DNA of 61,550 nucleotides, filler included. It is 13 parts of 13 records of this genome, joined end to end, with 100 filler letters (N's around TTAATTAATTAA, not from the genome) between each part and the next. Parts side by side here need not be neighbours in the genome. Positions count along the whole stretch, not along the records: positions 53,239 to 56,890 come from SRR15195285_5299; positions 56,991 to 61,550 come from SRR15195285_5300; 11 more parts are not named here. The stretch is one strand, 5' to 3'. This document shows positions 53,738 through 61,550 of the stretch, piece by piece. The notes below the pieces were generated by a model. It did not search any database and was not told the origin of the DNA. It saw nothing but the letters and a program-made list of their open reading frames with translations. Numbering within the stretch: position 1 is the first letter of the stretch; each line of letters opens with the position of its first letter. A program made the translations under genes and the position numbers.

Positions 53738-55384
53738 ATGGCCGCTCCTCGCGAGCCGAACCCGGAGCCAGAGGCGGGGCAATGGCGCGCGGCTGGCGTC
53801 CTTCCCTATGCCGTGCTCGACGGCACCGTGCTCTGTATGCTTGGAAAGGAGTACGCGCTCGCCCCGTCGACAACGAGGCTCCTCGTGCAACCGAGAGCTC
53901 GCGAGCACCCGCCGGACACGGCTGAACCAGCTACTTCCGCGAGCGCTGGTTCAGCGAAAGAGCCGCAGTATCGGTGCTGGTGGAGCGACTTTGGAGGAGG
54001 TCGAGAGGCCGAAGATGCTTCGGTGGTGCACACAGCGGCCCGCGAGTGGGCCGAAGAGACGGTCGGCGTGTACGGCGACGGCTCGAACCTCGTGTCTCGG
54101 GTTGAGAACTCTGCGAAAGCCATGCTGACGCAGCTGTGCGAGACCGGCGTCGCACCAGATTCGTCTGCTGCGAGCGAGGTCGGACCTACCTTTGCGGTGG
54201 TGGGCGAGACATACACCATGTATGCCTGCGCCGTACCGTTCGTAGACACACTGATCTTTCAGCTCGCTCGCGACGAGAACGATGCCGAAGCGACTGCGGC
54301 GGCTGTCCGTACCACTCAGAGTGGCGCCGTAGGAAGCAACAAAGCAGACGAGGAGGCACTGCGCAAGCTACGGCGTCGGTGCGGAGAGAAACGTGACTTT
54401 GCTTGGGTACCCCTGCAATCGGTTCTCGCGGCTGTAGGTAGTGGGCGCACATGGCTTAGGGACGTCGATGGGCAGATGATTACGCTGCTACCGCGGCTGG
54501 GCTACGCTCTGCAGACCAGTGGCCCCACTCTGCTGAGAGCGATCTCAGAGGTATTCTTTGGTAGTGGCAGCGTTTCGCCTTCTCTGCGGCAAAGGGACCC
54601 AACTGTGCTGTCTGTGCCGCCGCGTCATGCCGGTGGATGCTCGCTCTATCTTAGCGTACGACGGCGACGGCTGATAACGGCACCACAGGAGGTGGGGGGT
54701 AGCACTGGGTCTGAAGGAGCGGATAGATTCGAAGTGAACGGACCGGCGGTAGTGGATGAAGTTGACGTGGCTGCTGCCCTGCTGCACGACACAGTGAAGC
54801 TGCTGCCCCGTTTCGGTGACGTGCGTCGTGCTGTACTACACCGCTACCCATCGCCCCCTGCAGATGTGGGAGCAGAAGCGGAACGACGCTCGGATTTGCG
54901 AGATCCATTCGTGCTGGTGACATTCTTCTGCTCAACTGCAGCTTCGGAAGCACGACGATGGCTCAATAGCAGCGGCAGCGCGAGCAAGCCGAGAGCTGCT
55001 GGGCTACAGGCAGTGCCATACACAGAGGTCGTTGCAGAGTTCGCATTTTTTGAGCCGAAGAAGCGGCGGCGATCCTCGGCAGCAGGCTTTGACAGCAACA
55101 CTGATATGGCAGCGGGTGCAGTATGTGCAGGGGCAGCGGGCCCTGGAAGTCACATGCAGAAGAAGACTCGACCTGCAGGCGGGTGGGGCCACGGTGGCGC
55201 GTTTCTAGCACAGTACAGAGGAGGTGCGGGCAGAAAGACCAAGCTAGGAGTGCGCCCATCACGCAACGCTGCGGTAGCAGCCGCGGATGGGCCAGCGGAG
55301 TTGCACGCTAAAGGTGCTGCGACCGCTTCAAATGTCGATCCCACCCCAATAACTTCAGCGTCGACGGTGGTCGCGCTTTCGTGA
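53738..55384 (+). CDS. Nudix hydrolase with C-terminal RRM-like region, 548 aa
   Basis: AAGVLPY...LGKE; Nudix box WSDFGGGREAEDASVVHTAAREWAEETVG; EKRDFAWV; SLYLSV...RFGDVRRA...FVLVTFF...ASEARRWLN. Confidence 0.8.
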   Translation: MAAPREPNPEPEAGQWRAAGVLPYAVLDGTVLCMLGKEYALAPSTTRLLVQPRAREHPPDTAEPATSASAGSAKEPQYRCWWSDFGGGREAEDASVVHTAAREWAEETVGVYGDGSNLVSRVENSAKAMLTQLCETGVAPDSSAASEVGPTFAVVGETYTMYACAVPFVDTLIFQLARDENDAEATAAAVRTTQSGAVGSNKADEEALRKLRRRCGEKRDFAWVPLQSVLAAVGSGRTWLRDVDGQMITLLPRLGYALQTSGPTLLRAISEVFFGSGSVSPSLRQRDPTVLSVPPRHAGGCSLYLSVRRRRLITAPQEVGGSTGSEGADRFEVNGPAVVDEVDVAAALLHDTVKLLPRFGDVRRAVLHRYPSPPADVGAEAERRSDLRDPFVLVTFFCSTAASEARRWLNSSGSASKPRAAGLQAVPYTEVVAEFAFFEPKKRRRSSAAGFDSNTDMAAGAVCAGAAGPGSHMQKKTRPAGGWGHGGAFLAQYRGGAGRKTKLGVRPSRNAAVAAADGPAELHAKGAATASNVDPTPITSASTVVALS

Positions 55385-55603
55385 GACTGATGGAGCACAA
55401 TGCGACAAACGTGCTATGTCGACGGGCTCGAGGGCAAACAATTGTTGTTGACTCAACAGGTCGTGCTGTTGCTTGTACATCATTCTGAACCTCGCGACTG
55501 CACCTGTGATCGCAAACTCAATCAGTCTTACTGCACTGTTCTAAACGCGCCGTAGTCCGTGAGCTCAGCGGTTATTTTAAATAAATGTCATCAGAACAAG
55601 ATC

Positions 55604-56440
55604 TCACTGACACCCTAACGCATCGTGCATGGTCGTGATCTCTTGAAGTGATTGTTCTGCTGATGCAAGTTGCTGCTCCAGCGCCCTCTCGTGCTGCCGC
55701 ATTTTCATGAACTCCTGCTTGAGTTCATAACTAGACCGCGCAATCTGACCGGCCGGCGTGGATTGCTGGCTCAGAGCTCCGAGCTGCGCTTGTTGCCGGC
55801 GAATCGTGCCTTCGCACTGTGAGAGGTGCTGCCGTGCGGCATCGATCTGTTTGTCAAGCTGCTCGTTGGACGTCTGAGCATCGCAAAGTTGTTGCGCCAG
55901 CTGAGTTATTTGATCCTCCGTAGCTGGGATGTCAGCGTTGAGTTTTCTGAGCTCGGCTGAAAGCTGCGCGCACTGCGCCTGGCGAGCACGTAACTGGTGC
56001 GCTGCGGCAGTCTGAGAGTGAGTGTCGCGAGTAGCCTGCGCTGCTGCGGCGGCGTCCGCCTGTATATCTGTCACCCTGGCAAGGATCCCCTGCAGCTTCT
56101 CTTCAGAAGCTTTCAAATCCTGCAGCTCGCGTTCGAGGCCAGTTGTGACTGCTGCTGTGCGCGCAATGTCCTCGCGACAACGCTGCAGCGCGCAGCCGCC
56201 TGCCATATGGCTAGCTTCCAGCGTCGCCAACTCGGAACGCAGTCGAGCAACATCAGCTTCAACAATCAGCCGTGCTGCATGCTTGCTGGCTAGCGCAGCC
56301 CGCTCCTGCGCCAAGACCTCGCGCTCCTCTACCAGTGCCTTTGCGCTTCCGTCGCGGATGCTTATCAGCTCGGAGATTTGTTCTGCGAGCGACGGCGGCG
56401 GCACGCCCCCCGGCAAGCTGTCCTGCTCGTGATCCTGCAT
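55604..56440 (-). CDS. Coiled-coil hypothetical protein (278 aa from first ATG)
   Basis: Long heptad-rich Q/E/L/A ORF converging on the Nudix gene. Confidence 0.7.
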   Translation of the reverse strand: MQDHEQDSLPGGVPPPSLAEQISELISIRDGSAKALVEEREVLAQERAALASKHAARLIVEADVARLRSELATLEASHMAGGCALQRCREDIARTAAVTTGLERELQDLKASEEKLQGILARVTDIQADAAAAAQATRDTHSQTAAAHQLRARQAQCAQLSAELRKLNADIPATEDQITQLAQQLCDAQTSNEQLDKQIDAARQHLSQCEGTIRRQQAQLGALSQQSTPAGQIARSSYELKQEFMKMRQHERALEQQLASAEQSLQEITTMHDALGCQ

Positions 56441-56890
56441 CGGCTGGCTGCCGGCGCTGCAACTACCCAAGAGTGCTGGCGCTACGATCAGTTGTTTGCG
56501 GGCGGTGTTGTCGGCGTCGCGCGGTTTCAGGTTATTGGTCGCTTTCGTTGGTGTTTGCTTGTTCGCGGCGCGCGGTCCGGTCCATCCGCGGGCGCGCGGG
56601 CGGCGCGCGTTGTCGCGAGCGGATCGTGGATCGAGGTCGTCTAGCTGGAGGAATTCCTACTAGTACGTTTACCGGTACATTTTTGAAACAACTATTGAGA
56701 ATCATGGTTAAAATTGAATGGAATGCATTCGAATAGCTACATTGTATGTATATAATAGACGCAAGACAGGGTTAGATCTACGATACCGATAACAGGAACG
56801 TCGGCGCTCCTGCGGCAATAAACTAACATACACTAAACAAGTTGTCGCACTTGTTCACACCTCACTTCTATCCCGCCCTAATCGCACGGC

Positions 56891-56990
56891 NNNNNNNNNN
56901 NNNNNNNNNNNNNNNNNNNNNNNNNNNNNNNNNNTTAATTAATTAANNNNNNNNNNNNNNNNNNNNNNNNNNNNNNNNNNNNNNNNNNNN
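56891..56990. other. Artificial contig-joining spacer
   Basis: N44-TTAATTAATTAA-N44. Confidence 0.98.
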
Positions 56991-57018
56991 AGCAGCAGCA
57001 GCAGCAGCAGCAGCAGCA
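56991..57018. repeat. (CAG)n microsatellite at contig start
   Basis: About 9 units. Confidence 0.9.
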
Positions 57019-57520
57019 CTGGTGGCAGCCGCGGTGGCACCGCCGGGAGCTTAGCTAGGCGGCAGCAGTAGCGAGAACCGGAAGCTTAGCCAGGCGGCAG
57101 CAGCTGCTCAAGGATGTGCATACTGATAATTATTCATAATTGTATTCATCCGGAAGACACGCGTTTCACTGTATGTCTGGGTGCATATAATCTCACGAGA
57201 TGTTTGCGCCCGTAGTAATCCGCACGCTGCCCTTGAAGCCCCAAAGGATGCCAAAGAGCATGTGAGTTGCTGCTCTCTTCGTGGCCTTCTTGCTCACTAG
57301 CTACTAGTAGGGGAGCAAGAAGGCGGGAGCAAGCAGGCCGCTTACTCTGCTTCGAACGTTTGTGGGCCCGCGGACTCGGCAACTGGGTTTGCCATCTCCT
57401 GCCCAGCGCCGGCACCCGATCGTCCTTTCGAGAGCGGGTTGGCCATGCCATCGGAGTCAGTGTCTGAGTCAATGTTATGAGTTGTCTGCGCGATCGGTGC
57501 ATCGACGGGCATACACACAG

Positions 57521-60500
57521 TCAGTGATGCGACTGCAAAACCATGATGCTCGGTGTATCACGTGTGCCCGCCAGCAATGCGCTATACGAGTGAAAGAGGC
57601 GACAGGCAGCTGGTAGAGTGTGAAAGACGCACCTGATACTTCTGATCCAGAAAATACGTCAGCACCGCAGGGTGCCGCGACGTTTCATCGTTCCCAAACC
57701 CAAGCAATGTCTTGATGATGACTACCGTGCCAGGGAAGAAAAAGTCATTCAACTCAACCTGTACCGTAGACATCCGATCACGACAGTCAGAGCCATCCCA
57801 AGATCATCAGCGTGGGCTTGGCGGCATCGATCCGTAGCAGCGGACAGGAAAATTGCACAGAATCATGAGAGAGCTGCTTATGAGGCGCAAGGGAATGGCG
57901 CACGAATCTCTCTGCCAAGCGATCCTCTACAGCACGAAGCATCCTGAGTGATAAACAGCCCATTTCGTAGCCCTTCTTCAGTCGATGACGGTACTCCTCA
58001 GCAAGCACCCGGAAGGCGATGACTGAATGAATCGCCGTGTAAGTGTTAGGCATATGTCGACGCTGCTCACGGATCAAACTCTTCGCTGCCTTCTTGACTG
58101 CCTCCAGCTCCTCTAGAACTTGGTCATCAGCAGCGGCTTCCTCATCTGTGAGGGAACCGAATGATCGCGAGCTCATGACATCGATGGCCTTGGTCAAGAC
58201 AAAGAGAATTTCCACACAGGTCTGCATGTGGGCGAACGCCATGTGCGGGACACGTTCGCCAAGCACGCCATCGTTGCCAGTGCGGATGAAATCCTTGAGC
58301 TCATCCCACATAACCAGCAACGCCCCCTTTGCCAGCGTTCCCGAATCGTGCGCCTCAATCGCCGCGTCGTTTGCAACGCCTATCGCATCCTCAAGTGCAT
58401 TTGCCGCAGCATCCCCTATCGTGTCTGTTTCTCCAGCCTCACGGAACATTGCAAGCATGTGCTGCAAAAACACACCGTACAAAGCATTCCGCGCGTCAAA
58501 CTCGGAAATCTCCCCTTGGTCAGTGTCCATTCGTACCATCCGATTCGCATCGGCGAGCATGTCGGTCGCATCGTGTATACTCTGATCTAGCAGCTTCTTG
58601 TTCGTAGCAGATACATTTGGAGGGTCTGATGCAGCAAGGTCACAAGCTTTCAATACCTCGACCTCAACGTACCCAATGCTTGCGATTCTCTTCCCAAGTT
58701 CGACTTTTTGGGGCGTCATTGGCTCTTCGGGGTCTTTCGGGGTAAATTTGATCCGCAACCTCAGTGAACCCTGTATGAGCGCAGCTTTTCGCGCTGATAC
58801 AACGATGCTGCTTGCCGCCATTTCAACACTACGGGCGGCCGCTTCACCGGCCTTGATCATGCCTGTGATGCCTTGTTCTACCTCGTCCACGACTCTATGA
58901 ACTCCTTGCTCAGGCGATTCAGGGCTGTTAAAACTCTGCGCGATGCCCTCTTCCACTGAGAAGTTTCGTGTTGGTGCCGTGAGCTCAATCTCCTGCTCGA
59001 ACTCCGCGATGTCTGGGTAGCTTGTTGATGCTATAGTTTCCCGCAGGTCCACTTTGGCTTCGCCAAGATAGTCGTCAACTAAACCATAATCCCAGTCGTA
59101 CACTGTGGCGTACACCGTTGTCTCAGCTGATTCGATCCGGTAACGGAACTTATTGGCTTTTTTCCACACCGGATTGAGGTTGGCTTTCTGGACTGGCGTA
59201 GACTTGCGCTTGCTGGGCCGGCCGTCACGATCCACCAGGACTTCAACGTAGGGATCACTGGAGCCCACCAGCACTGATGATCCATCAGTGAGCATCACCC
59301 TGGACGACTTCTGACGTAACTTGTCGATTGGACCGCGTGCAGAAATTTTCTTCGTCGGTGTGCCTTGCTTGATTTCTGCTTTCCAATGGGTCTCATCAAC
59401 TGGCTTAGCCTTATATCCGACCAACTCATCATGGACAAGCTCTGCGTCGGAGAAATCAATCATCAAATCCTCAACGATCTTGAAATCGGCGTGGCCGTGA
59501 AATTCGTCCGCGGCCAAAGCTGCATGCATCCACGACATTGAGTCCTCGTGCAGGCAAGCCATTGCCTGCCGTACAAGCTGATCACGGTAGCGGTTCTTGC
59601 GATACAAGTCCAGGCGCTGGTAAACATAGCCACAGAGAGTGCCGTTGATGAGCAAGGAGAGTGTCACTACCCCAGCTGTCTGGATCAGCACAAAGTCTTT
59701 GGTTTTGCTCTCAATCGTTGGATGTGAATCGATTAGCAACGCCAGTGCCAGCGACACAGCACCGCGCAGGCCAGCGAACGTCATGAACATCGCCTCCTTC
59801 TTGGTCACGCCATACCCGATCGTTTGTAGGATTGGAAACAACGACGTGATGGTGAGCCCGCGGACGACAAACACGGCAACGTAAAATATTAATGTCAGAA
59901 CCAACAGCTGCGTCAGCTCTTGAACTGACAGAGGTTCACCACTGAGAATGTCGCTCTCATCGACTTCGCGGTTAAACATTGCGTCAACTTTTCCACGTGC
60001 TACGATTCCAGTAAGCGTGAAGATGACCAGCGTCGACACGAAGCCCATCTGCTCCCACATCATGTGATTTCTCTCGAGACAGTCAGGGCTCATGCAGAAG
60101 TAGCTTTTGCGTGCAGTTGCCAGTCCAAACACGACGCTCGCCAAGATTCCAGACACACCGAAAATCTCCTCCGACGTCCAGAACACGGCAAATACGCACG
60201 TGATCACTATTGTTATCTCTACAATGGGTTCACTGACAAACCGCATCCAGATGGACATGGTATGGGCGGCTATCCAGCCCCAGGACACCCCGCCGATAGC
60301 GAGCACCACAAATCTGCTCAAGACTGAGCTGAAGTCAGTGTCGGAGCATTCAGCGACTAAGTCTCGAAATATCCAGAACACCACGACGGCGGTTCCATCG
60401 TTCAGCAGCGACTCGCCTCCAATTATCAAGTTCAGCTTTGCGGGAGCGCCCAGCGACTTGAGGACTCCAAGCACAGCGACCGGGTCTGTGGCCGACAGGA

Positions 60501-61239
60501 TGCCTCCCAGTAGCATGTGCGTCGTCCAACCGTATTCGTTTCCAGCGAGTAGGTTGAATAGAAACCACGAAAACGCGCCCGACAAGGCTGACGAGATCAT
60601 CACGCCCGGCCCAGCCAGCAGGACTGACGAGGGCAGCGACTTTCGAAACACGTGATAGTCGATACTGGCCGAGTCCTCGAACAGCAGAGGAGGCAGTAGC
60701 ACGAACAGGATGATGTGCGGGTGGGTGTTGACCCAGCCACTCACAGAGAGATCCATCCTCGAGAAGTTCTGCTTCACGAAGTCTAATGTGGTGATGGTCT
60801 CGACAGTGAACCCGAACAAGAACATCACCACCGTAAACGGCAGCCCCATTCTGCGTCCACAGATCTTGTGGCTGCTCAGCTTAACCAGGAGTGTGGCGAC
60901 CGCACACCCAATTCCCAGCATCAGGAGTAGGGCAGGCATTCCACCTAGGCCGTCGTCCGAGTCGCCGTAGTAGCACTGGATCATCTTTGGTGCAGGGCGC
61001 TGTAAGCTGGGGAGCATCGAGCAGTTGCCGCCGCCGCCCGCTCCACCCTGCGGATCCCACTTCAAGCACGTCTGCGTAAACTGCACGCACGTCATCGAGT
61101 GCATCGCGTCGCACTTCTCGCTGCGCACGGACGCGATCAGCGCCTGGAGCTCCTCCGCCAACTCCCATTCCTCCGGCAGATCGGCGCTCGAGGAGTTGGT
61201 CGTGTTCATGAAGCCCTCGGCGCTCGACGGCGACGGCAT
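57521..61239 (-). CDS. SOS1/SLC9C-type Na+/H+ antiporter with inserted C2 domain (paralog 2); exons 61239-57904, 57758-57633 and tentatively 57532-57521
   Basis: LPFTVVMF, HPHIILFVLLPPLLFED, ATDPVAV, GESLLNDG, AGLRGAVSL. C2: SSDPYVEV, NLNPVW, VYDWDYGLVDDYLG. Splicing intron 57759-57903 gives ERFVELNDFF, matching paralog 1 RQRELKRFF. The last exon is uncertain. Confidence 0.9.
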
Positions 61240-61525
61240 CCCCTCCCTCAGATGCTAGGGGGTGGGGGCGGTGTGTGTGTGTGGTCGGGAGGGGTGTGGG
61301 GCAAGCCCCCGCAGGTGCCTCTGCAACCAGCGCGCGATTCGCGGGGCGGGCGGAATTGAGTTGGTGGCGACCGCGATGGCCTCGTTCCCACGCGTTCAAG
61401 ATCCGCAGGTAGTCTCCGGCTGCTTTACGCTGGTCTATCCACCCCCTGCCCACAGAGCGTTCACAGTCCAGTTCAGCAGGAATCTGACGCGCCTCTCTGA
61501 CTACGACACAGAGAGACGCGACACG

Positions 61526-61548
61526 CACACACACACACACACACACAC
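61526..61548. repeat. (CA)n microsatellite
   Basis: About 11 units at the window end. Confidence 0.9.
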
Positions 61549-61550
61549 GC

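Noticed and set aside
57787-57903. C-terminus VRHSLAPHK...LGWL of the 1150-aa ORF
   Set aside because: Probably intron read-through; splicing 57759-57903 restores similarity to paralog 1
1-61550. tRNA, rRNA, CRISPR array or autonomous transposon
   Set aside because: No cloverleaf, rRNA signature, repeat-spacer array or transposase/RT motif was recognised by eye; covariance-model searches were not run

Overview
This is not one locus. It is 13 short contigs (about 3-9 kb) from a GC-rich, gene-dense eukaryotic genome, joined by 12 identical artificial 100-bp spacers (44 N + TTAATTAATTAA + 44 N). Genes carry short GT-AG spliceosomal introns (73-203 nt), so several genes are split across ORF-track entries; I rebuilt exon models by hand. 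Low-complexity PEPEPE tracts and one intron core that I recall from Picozoa single-cell assemblies suggest a marine protist, possibly Picozoa (unverified). Recognisable genes: a papain-family protease, a TTLL tubulin ligase, an LRRC51-like protein, a partial-p25alpha protein, a mu-like GST, two secreted glycoside-hydrolase-like genes, ankyrin/TPR and SAM proteins, a Nudix hydrolase, two SOS1/SLC9C-type Na+/H+ antiporters and large Cys-rich surface proteins. The most interesting candidates are: (1) a 4-exon, probably organelle-targeted DEDDh exonuclease-HhH-uracil-DNA-glycosylase fusion; (2) two paralogous SOS1-like antiporters with no visible CNBD that carry an inserted, apparently circularly permuted C2 domain; (3) an introner-like intron; (4) a 2767-aa receptor-like protein with an EF-hand and an RRM inside a membrane loop; (5) a segment-shuffled SAARP-like surface protein with inserted repeat modules. 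All domain calls are from motif recognition by eye; no database search was run.
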